NCBI GenBank assembly: GCA_963755915.1
Contig: CAVWLP010000002.1
Location: 4,416,001 to 4,480,000 of the forward strand
Length of the DNA: 64,000 bases
Reading direction: 5' to 3'
DNA from: an uncultured Phycisphaerales bacterium
Lineage (GTDB): Bacteria > Planctomycetota > Phycisphaerae > Tepidisphaerales > Tepidisphaeraceae
The position numbers and the translations under genes were made by a program. The notes under the pieces were generated by a model. That model saw only the letters and a list, made by a program, of their open reading frames with translations, was not told the DNA's origin and made no database searches. Below are positions 21,601-31,094 of this stretch, piece after piece. Position 1 is the first letter of the stretch, and each line of letters starts with the position of its first letter.

Positions 21601-21726
21601 TTGCTCACGCTCTACACGACGCCGGTGGTATACCTGGCGTTTGACCGCATGCGGCTGTACATGCAGGGCAAGCCCCAGGATACGTTCCATGGAAATGCGG
21701 GATTGATGCCGGCGCCGGCCAACTGA
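18614..21726 (+). CDS. mdtC: RND efflux permease MdtC/MuxC; apparent 1-nt deletion near 19892
   Basis: [25 protein letters not shown]; an extra G restores [11 protein letters not shown] and joins the two ORFs. Confidence 0.9.
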
Positions 21727-21745
21727 GGGCTTTTAACAAACTATC

Positions 21746-23254
21746 ATGACCATCAAACTTCGATTTGCTCATATCTCTGTGGCCGGGGCGCTGCGCGTCG
21801 CGCTGTCAGCGTGCATGGTCGGCCCGAAATACCAAACCCCGCCGCCGCTTGCGGAATCGCCGCCCGACGCATATAAGGAAGTTTCCACGCAGCCCAGCGA
21901 CGCCGGCGAGTGGAAAGTCGCCGACCCGCGCGATGCCATGCTCCGCGGAAACTGGTGGGAGATTTTCAACGATCCCCAACTGAACGACCTGGAAAACCAG
22001 CTCAACATCAACAACCAGAACCTCAAGCAGTTCTTCCAGAATTTCATGGAAGCGCGGGCCCTGATCGGCGAAGCCAATTCCCAGCTCTATCCAACGGTGA
22101 CCGTTGGGCCAAGCTATTCTTATTCCCGTACTCCGTCTTCCTCCGCCCAGTCGTACGCCGGAACTGCCAATAACTTCTGGAGCGTCCCGTTTGACGCTTC
22201 CTGGGAAGTCGATCTCTGGGGCAAGCTGCGCAACGCCGTGAATTCAGCCGCTTTTACCAGCCAGACGAGCGCCGCCGACCTAGCCAACGAGCAGTTGTCC
22301 GAGCAGTCGAGCCTGGCGGTTTATTTCTTCGAAATCCGCGGAGAGGATGCGCTGATCAAGCTCTTTAACGACACCATCGACTTCGACAAGAAGCAGGTCC
22401 AGTACACGCTGGGGCAATATGAGACCGGCGTGGGTGACCAGATTTCGGTCGTCGAGGCGCAGAGCAATCTCGCCGGCACCGAGGCGGCCGCGACCAACCT
22501 TCAGATCGCCCGGGCACAGTACGAGCATGCCATCGCCGTGCTCGTCGGCAAAAATCCATCACAGTTTTCGATCCCGGTGAAGCTGCTGACTGCAACTCCC
22601 CCCACGATTCCAATCGGCCTGCCTTCGCAGCTTGTCGAGCGCCGCCCCGACGTCGCCGCCGCCGAGCGCACCATGGCCGCCGCCAACGCCCAGATCGGCA
22701 TCGCCGACGCGGCTTATTTTCCCGATCTCACCCTCAGCGGCGACGCTGGGTTTGAAAATGAGGATCTCGGCTCCCTCTTTAACTGGCCTTCCCGGTTCTG
22801 GTCGGTTGGGCCGTCCGTTTCCTACACGATCTTCGACGCCGGCATGCGACAGGCGACGGTAAACCAGTTCGTCGCAACCTTTAACGCCGACCTTGCCGCC
22901 TATCGCCAGACCGTTCTCGTCGCATTCCAGCAGGTGGAAGACAACCTCGCCGCCCTGCGGATCCTTTCACACCAATTGGTTCAGGAAAACCGTGCCGTGC
23001 AACTCGCGAGCAACTATGTAAACCTTGAGCTGGGACGCTATCAGACCGGCATCGATCCCTATCTCGACGTCGTCATCGCCCAGACGACGCTGCTCGGCGA
23101 TCAGCAGACGCTTTTGAACGTACAAATCGAAGAAATGACCTCGGCGGTACAATTAATCACCGCCCTTGGCGGCGGATGGGACAGCACGCAACTGCCCACC
23201 ACCCGCCAGGTCGAGCAATGGCCCACAACGCAGGAGACGGCGATTCAGAAGTGA
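21746..23254 (+). CDS. Outer membrane efflux lipoprotein (NodT/OprM family)
   Basis: Lipobox LSAC-MVGPKY, WWEIFNDPQL, ERRPDVAAAER, ALGGGW. Confidence 0.92.
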   Translation: MTIKLRFAHISVAGALRVALSACMVGPKYQTPPPLAESPPDAYKEVSTQPSDAGEWKVADPRDAMLRGNWWEIFNDPQLNDLENQLNINNQNLKQFFQNFMEARALIGEANSQLYPTVTVGPSYSYSRTPSSSAQSYAGTANNFWSVPFDASWEVDLWGKLRNAVNSAAFTSQTSAADLANEQLSEQSSLAVYFFEIRGEDALIKLFNDTIDFDKKQVQYTLGQYETGVGDQISVVEAQSNLAGTEAAATNLQIARAQYEHAIAVLVGKNPSQFSIPVKLLTATPPTIPIGLPSQLVERRPDVAAAERTMAAANAQIGIADAAYFPDLTLSGDAGFENEDLGSLFNWPSRFWSVGPSVSYTIFDAGMRQATVNQFVATFNADLAAYRQTVLVAFQQVEDNLAALRILSHQLVQENRAVQLASNYVNLELGRYQTGIDPYLDVVIAQTTLLGDQQTLLNVQIEEMTSAVQLITALGGGWDSTQLPTTRQVEQWPTTQETAIQK

Positions 23255-23744
23255 ACGGATTGCTCGCCAACGCCGAGAGCTGGGACCCGTCGCAAACGGA
23301 ATTGGTCCTGATCCTGCTCTGCGCCGGCGGAATCATCGGCGTTGCCGCGATGGTCGGCCTCGTCATCATCGCAATCAAGCGTCGGCAGCACACGCATACC
23401 CAGCCAATTTTCACGGCCGTCATGTTCTGGGGCCTGATTTCGCTGGGCTCGATCGTCTATGCAACGATCACGCAGTTGAACTGGGACAAACAGTATTTTT
23501 GCAGCTCCTCAGCGGGTATGGCGATCCGAATGACGTGGGGCCGGCCTTGCCGTGGATTACCTGGACCCTGTTGCTCGCCGCTTACTTTGGGCTGTTGCTT
23601 TGGACTTTCGCAAACGTAAGCCCGCGCGAAATCAAACCCGCGCATTCGGACGCGGGGAACAATGGAAATGGTCAGTCGAATAAAGGGCCGTATGAATCGA
23701 GAACATCCAAGCATCCTTCGGATCGTCTGGACCGGCCGAAATAA
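23251..23744 (+). CDS. Hypothetical three-TM membrane protein; apparent frameshift in the T-run near 23498
   Basis: GTGA overlap with the upstream stop; hydrophobic helices in two consecutive frames join as DKQYF-LQLLSGYGDP. Confidence 0.55.
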
Positions 23745-23752
23745 ATCAGCCC

Positions 23753-26038
23753 TCATTGAATATCAAAATCAACCGCCGCGCTTTTGAGGCCTGCCGATGA
23801 TACGGCGAGGCGCGCCCGCCCCACCGCTCCGGTAGTTTCCAGGTAGATCAGCATTCGCCCGCGATAGGCGCGGTGATGGGGAGCCTGATAGCTTTCGTGG
23901 CTCGATGCATCGCCGTTTTCGATGCCGAGGATTCGCACGAGGCCGGTGATTTCGGCGGTGATTTCCGGGGCAGCCGCAGCATCGCGATTTCCGTTTTCAT
24001 CCACGCATTGAATCTCGACCTGCGCGACCCGCCCATCGCCGCCGGCGGAGAGTTTTGTCTTGTCAGCCTCAATCGATAGTGCCTGGGCCGGGTTCGCACG
24101 TGCGAGATTAAATCGGCACACCTCTGTTGACTGCCCCTCGCGCGAATCGCGCCCGATTGCCGTCAGCTTTCCGGAATCGAACACCAGCGGCCAAACGAGT
24201 ATATGGCTCGCCTCCAGCCGCCTTACGCCCAACGAATTCCCATCGTGAATTAGCTCCACCGAATCGCAATTGGTGTAGCAAACCACAAAGTGCGCCGTCG
24301 GCCACAGATAGCACATCGGCTCCGATGACCAGAGGCTTTTACGGAAGTAATAGCGCGGCTTCGGAAAACCCGCCAGGTCCAACAAGCCCGCTTCATTGCT
24401 GCGCCGCGGCCACGGTGGCGCCTCTCCCAGATAGTCAATTCCCGTCCAGAGGAATTGCCCCGCGACGTAAGGGTTATTCTGCACCGCCAGCCACGCTGGA
24501 AGGGCCTGCGCGTTTTCGCTCCCCATGATGATGCGCGACGGATATTGCGCGTGATCCTGTGCGTAGCGCATTTCCTGGTAGTTGTATCCGACGACATCGA
24601 GCTGATTGCAATAGAGATTGGTCGCGATCGAGGCGCAGGCCGCCGTGATCGGCCGGGTGTTGTCCAGTCCACGGACTGTACGGATTAACCGGGCCGCGAT
24701 TGGCGGCAACTCGGGCGAGTTAGGCGGATAGGCATCGTTGCGATAGTCGATTTCGTTGCCGATCGACCACAGGACAACCGATGGGTGGTTGCGATCGCGG
24801 CGGATCATCGCCGACAGATCGAAGGTCGACCAGTCATTGAAATCCTTCGAATATCCGTCCGTGACGAACTTGCCCTGGTTGTGCCCGTTGGTCCATTTCC
24901 GCTTGCCGCGCGTCCATTCGTCAAAGGCTTCGTCCATCACCAGAAATCCCATGCGATCGCACAGATCAAGAAATTCCGGCGCTGGCGGGTTGTGACTTGT
25001 GCGGATGGCGTTGGCGCCCATTTGCTTCAGCAATTCGAGACGGCGCTGCCAGACCTCGATGGGAATCGCCGACCCAAGCGCCCCGGCGTCCTCGTGTAGG
25101 CAAACGCCCTTGAGCTTCATCGACTTGCCATTAAGGGAGAACCCAGTGTTAGCGTCGAAATCGAAAAAACGAATGCCGACCGGCACCAAATGAGAATCGA
25201 CGATCTGGCCAGAAAATTGAATATTGATATGCAGGCGATAGAGATAGGGATCGTCGGTGGACCAGAGATGGGGATTAGGAATCGTCAAAGAATCCGAAAA
25301 ATGGCCGGGATCCTGGGCCGGCAGAACGAATGGCCGAGCCGTGCCGGCGACTTCCTTTCCGTCCGCGTCCAGCAGCGTATAGACCAGGGTCCCCGCGCGA
25401 TTGGCCGTATCGTGATCCACATCGACGCCGACCACCACCCTCGCCTCGCCCCCGCTGATTTGCGGCGTCGTGATGACAATGTCATCGGAATCGAGGTGAA
25501 GAGGATTGGCAGATTCAAGGAAGACGTGACGATAGATCCCCGAACCCGTATACCATCGGGCGTCGGCCACGGCGGAATGATCCACGCGGACGGCGATTTC
25601 GTTCGGAACGTTGCCGAAGTTCAGATACTTATCGATGTCATACTCGACCGGCAGATAGCCATTGGGGCGCTCGCCTAGGAAGTGGCCATTGATCCAAACG
25701 CTTGAGTTGTCGTAAATACCGTCGAAGCGGATCCAGACGATTTTGCCGCGTGCGCTTTGGGGGACGGTAAACTGTTTGCGATACCACCCGATGCCATTGG
25801 GAAGATATGCGTTGCAACTGGCGTTTTTCTGATCGAATGCCCCCTCGATCGACCAGTCGTGCGGCAACTCCACATTCCGCCAACTGGAATCATCGAAATT
25901 CGACGCCGGCGCGTCCGGCGTATCACCCAAATGAAATTTCCACCCCTCATCGAAAGGCGAAGAGACCTCCGCCGCCGCACGCGAAATGAGCGCGAGCAGC
26001 GCGAATGTCGCAAGCAGAGTTGATCTCATCGATCCCAT
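23753..26038 (-). CDS. Glycoside hydrolase family 2 (beta-galactosidase-like), secreted
   Basis: Signal peptide, LPHDWSIEG, RWYTGSGIYR, NAIRTSHNP, RDRNHPSVVLWSIGNE, WTGIDYLGE. Start may be 26029. Confidence 0.93.
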   Translation of the reverse strand: MGSMRSTLLATFALLALISRAAAEVSSPFDEGWKFHLGDTPDAPASNFDDSSWRNVELPHDWSIEGAFDQKNASCNAYLPNGIGWYRKQFTVPQSARGKIVWIRFDGIYDNSSVWINGHFLGERPNGYLPVEYDIDKYLNFGNVPNEIAVRVDHSAVADARWYTGSGIYRHVFLESANPLHLDSDDIVITTPQISGGEARVVVGVDVDHDTANRAGTLVYTLLDADGKEVAGTARPFVLPAQDPGHFSDSLTIPNPHLWSTDDPYLYRLHINIQFSGQIVDSHLVPVGIRFFDFDANTGFSLNGKSMKLKGVCLHEDAGALGSAIPIEVWQRRLELLKQMGANAIRTSHNPPAPEFLDLCDRMGFLVMDEAFDEWTRGKRKWTNGHNQGKFVTDGYSKDFNDWSTFDLSAMIRRDRNHPSVVLWSIGNEIDYRNDAYPPNSPELPPIAARLIRTVRGLDNTRPITAACASIATNLYCNQLDVVGYNYQEMRYAQDHAQYPSRIIMGSENAQALPAWLAVQNNPYVAGQFLWTGIDYLGEAPPWPRRSNEAGLLDLAGFPKPRYYFRKSLWSSEPMCYLWPTAHFVVCYTNCDSVELIHDGNSLGVRRLEASHILVWPLVFDSGKLTAIGRDSREGQSTEVCRFNLARANPAQALSIEADKTKLSAGGDGRVAQVEIQCVDENGNRDAAAAPEITAEITGLVRILGIENGDASSHESYQAPHHRAYRGRMLIYLETTGAVGRARLAVSSAGLKSAAVDFDIQ

Positions 26039-27139
26039 TTACTTTTGAGATTCCCCCAGCAACTCCTCGAGATACTGTTTCCACACCGCAGCCATCATGC
26101 AGGTGCCATGTCCATCCGTCTCTTCGCTTTCCGGAATGACAACGGCTTTGCCATTTTTCACCAGGCGCATGTTCGTTTCCAGCAACCCAAGGTCCGGCGG
26201 GTTGATCAGATCGTCCGCCGAATTGACGGCAATGAGCGGGGCTTCGATTTTTCCCAGCTTATTCGTCGGATCGTAATCGGTTGAGCTTTCAACCGCATAA
26301 AGCACATTATTGGCGTCGAGGGTTTTCATCGCGCCGTCCGCGGAGGCGTCGAGGATTTTGTCGGCCGACTGTGCCGACGGCGCCTGCCGATATCGATGCG
26401 CGGGATTGCCGCTCATGAAATAAAGCATCTCCGCCGCAAGGCGGAGGCTATGTGGCTCGGAAGTGTAATTCCCCCCCTGCCACTGCGGGTCGGTGCGAAT
26501 CATCTCGCTGATCATCCGCCGCCACATGCGGTTGCGCCCGCCAATCGGCGCCGGCAGGCTCGCCAGCGGCATCAGCGCATCCATAAACTGCGGATACATT
26601 TCGCCCCAAAGCCAGGTGTGCATTCCGCCCATCGAAGTCCCGATCACCAGCCGAAGGTGATTAACCCCCAGCCCTTCAACCAGAAGCCGATGCTCGGCTT
26701 CCACCATATCCACGTAACGATAATCGGGAAAATTGGCCCTCAATCCGTCGCTGGGTTTGGTGGATTTGCCATGCCCGATGTCGTCCGGAAAAATCAGATA
26801 ATATTTCTGCGCGTCCAGAAGCTGCCCAGGATTGAAAAGCTCGCCGGCAAATTCCTTCACAAAAAACTGTTTTCCGCTTCCGGTAGTGCCGTGGAGGACC
26901 AGAACGGCATTGGTGACGAGGCCGTTGCCGTTAGTTTTAGGCCGTCCGAGTGTGCGGTAGTGGATCCGAAGCTGCGGAAAGTTTTCGCCGGCGTGGAAGC
27001 GGAAGTCGTGGATAACGAAATCGCCTTCTGTCGGCTGCGGAAAATCCGCCGCCCGCGCGGCAACGCCGATCGCCAGAAGGCACAGTGCCATGACAGCCGC
27101 AAATCCGCGTTCAGGTTTGAACGGCACAGATGGGGTCAT
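26039..27139 (-). CDS. Exported alpha/beta hydrolase, homoserine O-acetyltransferase-like family
   Basis: Signal peptide (ARA-ADF), NAVLVLHGTTG, GTSMGG nucleophile, SADD and HGT. Confidence 0.85.
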   Translation of the reverse strand: MTPSVPFKPERGFAAVMALCLLAIGVAARAADFPQPTEGDFVIHDFRFHAGENFPQLRIHYRTLGRPKTNGNGLVTNAVLVLHGTTGSGKQFFVKEFAGELFNPGQLLDAQKYYLIFPDDIGHGKSTKPSDGLRANFPDYRYVDMVEAEHRLLVEGLGVNHLRLVIGTSMGGMHTWLWGEMYPQFMDALMPLASLPAPIGGRNRMWRRMISEMIRTDPQWQGGNYTSEPHSLRLAAEMLYFMSGNPAHRYRQAPSAQSADKILDASADGAMKTLDANNVLYAVESSTDYDPTNKLGKIEAPLIAVNSADDLINPPDLGLLETNMRLVKNGKAVVIPESEETDGHGTCMMAAVWKQYLEELLGESQK

Positions 27140-27161
27140 ATTCCTGGTAAGAATGCTGATC

Positions 27162-27180
27162 GCCTCTATCGGAATCGAAC
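27162..27180 (-). repeat. att-like duplicate of the tRNA-Leu 3' end
   Basis: GCCTCTATCGGAATCGAAC matches 30803-30821 (GCCTCTATCGGAGTCGAAC) at 18/19 positions. Confidence 0.75.
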
Positions 27181-27399
27181 GCTGCGCCGATTTCAAGTGA
27201 GCCTGGCAATTTTATAAGCTCGTAGTCCTCCCATTTTCCCACCACCGTCGCACCATCGCTGTACGCTTCAGCGACAACCCGCCTCGCAGGACGCGACAAA
27301 AGCGGTGGTGGTCGTTTTCGAGCGGATGATACCCTTCCGATTTCCATCCTGAACCCGCCTTCGGCTTCACACAAAAATAGCCCATTTTCGGCCGAAAAA

Positions 27400-28257
27400 T
27401 TGCGAGTTTTGTTTGATTTCGCTCCGGCCCAGCCGCTAATTTCCAGCCCAGAAAGTCTTGTCGAGTCCGCTAGTGAGAAAATGCTTGCGGACGGCTCCGG
27501 CACTGCCGGGTGGCACAAACCCGGTGATGCCCATTGGAGCCGATCCGCGATTGAAAACAGGAGGCACCTTGAGCACGGCACGTCTGAGCGCGCAAGCGCT
27601 TTTGTGTTCGTCGTTGGAATTTGTCTGAGCTTCGTACCCAGCATAGCCGGTGCCCATGCCCCGGGCGGCATTGGCTGCACTACGACCCGGCCGTCCTGGC
27701 CAGGTAGTGATGGCCAGTGGTATTCCTGCAAAACGCCAACCACGCGCCCCGACCGCGCCGATTGGCCCGACCGTTTCAAATGGCATTACGACCTCACCGC
27801 CCCCGGCGATTGCTCCGGCGCCCAGCCCACAACCCGTCCGGCGTGCGGCGACTCCGATGACTCCGGCGATTCCCCATGGAACGATCCAAACTGGTGGAAA
27901 TCGCCTGGCAAACAGGATTGCTCCAATTCCGGCGACTCCCAATCGTCCTCTGATGGGCAAACAGATCCCAACGGGCAAGACTGCGGCACATGGCCCCAGA
28001 ATAATGATTCCAGTTCATCGTGCTCGACCAGCGGTGATTCAACCAGCGACGACACATCGTCAAACTGCGGCAACCCCAGCGACTGCAATTCCAGCGGGGA
28101 CGATTCTTCCACCAGCGACAAATTCTCCTCGTCCTGGTGCATGACCGGGAGCAGCGGCAGCACCGACCCGGCAGCAGTGCCGGAGCCGGCCTCGGCCGGA
28201 TTGGTCGCTGTGATCGGCTCAGCAATGCTGGCACGCCGCCGTCAGCGCCGCGGGTGA
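27400..28257 (+). CDS. Cys/Asp/Ser-rich low-complexity PEP-CTERM protein (start uncertain, probably near 27570)
   Basis: Hydrophobic signal segment FVFVVGICLSFVPSIAGA, and VPEPASAGL...ARRRQRR; AGGAGG lies just before TTG 27569, which is out of frame by one base. Confidence 0.8.
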   Translation: MRVLFDFAPAQPLISSPESLVESASEKMLADGSGTAGWHKPGDAHWSRSAIENRRHLEHGTSERASAFVFVVGICLSFVPSIAGAHAPGGIGCTTTRPSWPGSDGQWYSCKTPTTRPDRADWPDRFKWHYDLTAPGDCSGAQPTTRPACGDSDDSGDSPWNDPNWWKSPGKQDCSNSGDSQSSSDGQTDPNGQDCGTWPQNNDSSSSCSTSGDSTSDDTSSNCGNPSDCNSSGDDSSTSDKFSSSWCMTGSSGSTDPAAVPEPASAGLVAVIGSAMLARRRQRRG

Positions 28258-28317
28258 GTTTTTCGCGGTGAGTTTTTCGCCCAGCAAATAAATTGCAGCG
28301 ACTGCATTTCCTCCGTC

Positions 28318-29296
28318 TCACTGCACCAGCGTCCACGTATCGTCCGGATCGTACGTATCGATCTGCGATGCAATCTCCTGCGTGTTTGACCCCAGATCCT
28401 TTTGGTAGACTTTCCCTTCATGGTTCACGATGAAGCTCATGATCCCCGTGTTACCGTATTGCGGGGTAGGCAATCATGGCAAAGCCCGCGAACATGCGGC
28501 CATTGATGATGTAGCTGTAAGCCCCTGCCGGTGTGTCGGGCCCTTGCTTGGTGAGAATTCGGAAAAAGTAACCACGATACGGCTTGGCGCCGGAGCCGAG
28601 TTTTTTCCCGTACCCCTGCGCCTGTGCATCCGCCACCAGCGGACCGAAGGGGCTTTCCTCTTCGCCTTCACCAGCCGGCCAATAAAGGCCGTCCTTTTTG
28701 CCCGGAGATGATTTTATCTTCTGCGCGTATTGCAAAACCGAATCACCCATCCGGTCCTTCGAGGCATATTCGCGCTGCGCCTCCACGTAGGCGTGCATCA
28801 CGCTGATGGTGGTCAATTCGTCGTCACCGATCCGGCGATTCAGGATTTCGTCTTCCCCCGACGCGGTGTCGAAATACCATCGCCCCGAACCCTCTTTTAA
28901 AATCGGAATAGGGAACGGCCAATCCTTGTTTCCGATATGGACGATCGCCTTGCCGTCATCCACCTGCTCGACGCGGTCTGCTTCACCGGCGTGCTTGGCG
29001 AAATGGTCCATGTCATTGGCGTCCTGAACCGGATCCCCGGAAACCAGGTCGTCCAGCGCGGGTCCAAGGATTTTGCGAAGTTCCGATTTGTCTTTGTCCT
29101 TCGCCGCGCCGATCAGCGCGTTGGCCGCGTCCTTAGGCGAATCGTAGGTAGCCTGATCCGCCGACGGACCCGACGGAACGGTGGTCGGCGCGACTTGGTC
29201 ACCGCGGGCCGGGCTGAATGTGAGCACGAAACCGGCCGCGAGGAATATCTGGCTCAGGATCAGCCATGAAATGGAGGATTCATAAATTCTGGCCAT
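28318..29296 (-). CDS. DUF2950 family protein; apparent frameshift near 28462
   Basis: WPFPIP, EILNRRIG.DEL, DGLYW, PYRGYFFRIL..QG; continues YGNTGIMSFIVNHEGKVYQKDLG in the next frame. Confidence 0.88.
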
Positions 29297-29348
29297 AACA
29301 CTACTCCCAACAAGTCCGCGAAATTCACGAGTTGATTTTCGCAATTCC

Positions 29349-30684
29349 TCATTGACGCCGACCGCCCCCACTGCCCCCACCACCACTGCCTCCACCACCA
29401 CTTCCGCGGCTACCACCGCCGCCTCCCCCGCCCCTGGCTGCGCCGCGGCTCTCCGCGCCGCGCTGGCTTTGTGCCGCGGCGGAACGAGCCGAGCCGTCGC
29501 TCCCCATCCCTGGCCTGGAACCGCCGGAAGGCGGAGCCGGCCTTGAGCGGCTGTCGCGGCCGCGATCGGAATCCGGTCGTCCGCCGCTCGGGCGGTCGGC
29601 ATCGCCAATCCCCCCGCCCCGACCTGGCGGAGGTGGCGAAGCGCCCGGCCGCCCGCCGCCCGGATTACCGGGGCCCGGTCGGCCACGATCGTCACCCGGC
29701 TGCCGAGGCGGCGGATAAATTCCCGGAGGGCGATTGACCGGCGGCCGATTCGCCGGCGGGCGCGCCAGGCCCCCCACCACCCGGCCACGGACGATTTGGA
29801 TTCGGCCGGCCGGGAATAATTGGCGGCCGCATCGGTGGACGATACGGCGGACGGCCCGGACGCGGACGCCACGGATGTGGCCTCCCATCCCACCCAGGCC
29901 GATATCCATATCGATACGGCGGCCAGCCCCCAGGGCGGTTATAGATCGGCACCCACACGCCCCCGCGCCAGTATCTCCATCCCCCGCCGACGACGATGTA
30001 ACCGCCACGCCAGCTCCAACCGTTGTCCAGCCAGATTCCCGTAGCCAGCGGCGGTCCAAAAGTGATCCGCGCATTTGCCACGATCCCCGGCGGCGGAGCC
30101 ACGTAAACCACCTGCGGATCGTAAACGGGAACGTAAACGTATTGCGGATCGGTTGGCACGATCTGAATGCCATCATCGTCGCTGACGACAGTCTGCTGCT
30201 GCGTGTTCACGAGCGACCCCACGCTGGCGGCCTGAGCCCGAAGCCGCTGGATCGAGGCCGCGACATCCGCCTGTTGCGTGGCGAAGGCGTTGCCGACTTC
30301 CGCCGTCCAGTCCGGATACCCCGCCAACATTTGAAGAACGCTTGGATACCGCGCAATCGCCTGCACCGACGGGTCCCACGGCTGGTCGTCAATCTGATTG
30401 GGATCGTTGCCCGCGGCAATCCACGCCGCCGCCGCCGCGATGTCATCCGGCTCCGCCGCCGCAGGGAGAATCTGCGCCAGCAGTGGGTCGGGATATAGCG
30501 CGATGGGCGAAAGCAACTCGTCGAGCTGGTCCGCCGTCATCGGCGGCTGACCGACCCCCTCGGGAGGCGGCGTCACCGGAGGAGCGGTGTAATCCCCATC
30601 AGCGAATACGGGCAGGCACGCGAGCACCGTCGCGAGAACCATGGCGGCCAGCACCATCCCCATGATGTGCCTGATTTCCCTCAC
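29349..30684 (-). CDS. DUF3300 family protein with Pro/Arg/Gly-rich tail; apparent frameshift near 29760
   Basis: QLDELLSPIALYPDPLLAQIL, WDPSV, VYVPVYDP; adjacent to its usual partner DUF2950. Confidence 0.88.
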
Positions 30685-30800
30685 GACATCTCCCATCGGT
30701 GCCCAGAGCCACCACAATAAACCGACGCCCCTCCCATTCTATTCGACCTTGGGCCGCAATTCGATGAGCGATCCCCCCTCCCAGAGGGATTAACCGCCAC

Positions 30801-30884
30801 TGGCCTCTATCGGAGTCGAACCGATACGCCCTTGCGGGCATTGGATTTTGAGTCCAACGCGTCTGCCAATTCCGCCAAGAGGCC
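30801..30884 (-). tRNA. tRNA-Leu(CAA), CCA not encoded
   Basis: GGCCTCT/AGAGGCC acceptor stem, D-arm GCGGAATTGGCAGACGC, anticodon arm TTGGA-CTCAAAA-TCCAA, long variable arm, GGTTCGACTCC. Confidence 0.95.
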
Positions 30885-31094
30885 GAACTTTTTCGGATGC
30901 TACAAAATCCCATTTTAATCCGCCAGTCGCCACCACCGCGCCGCAATTTCCACGACCGAAATGTAACGCCGTCGCGTCGTTACACACTGCGCCAATCTTA
31001 ACCAGGTTTTGCTGGCAAAACGGGATTCGTCCGTTACCATAATTCCTGATTCGCCAAGCTTACGATTGTTGTAGCCACTTTTTTGGGAGGAATC

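Noticed and set aside
27140-27196. TTG start at 27196 for the hydrolase
   Set aside because: It runs through the att-like repeat; ATG 27139 gives a more plausible signal peptide.
27511-27526. TGGCAC as a sigma54 promoter for the Cys-rich gene
   Set aside because: Good -24 element, but GT rather than GC at the -12 position.
28451-29893. 480-aa ORF as a single protein
   Set aside because: The part upstream of 29296 is an alternative frame of the DUF3300 tail; DUF2950 starts at 29296.
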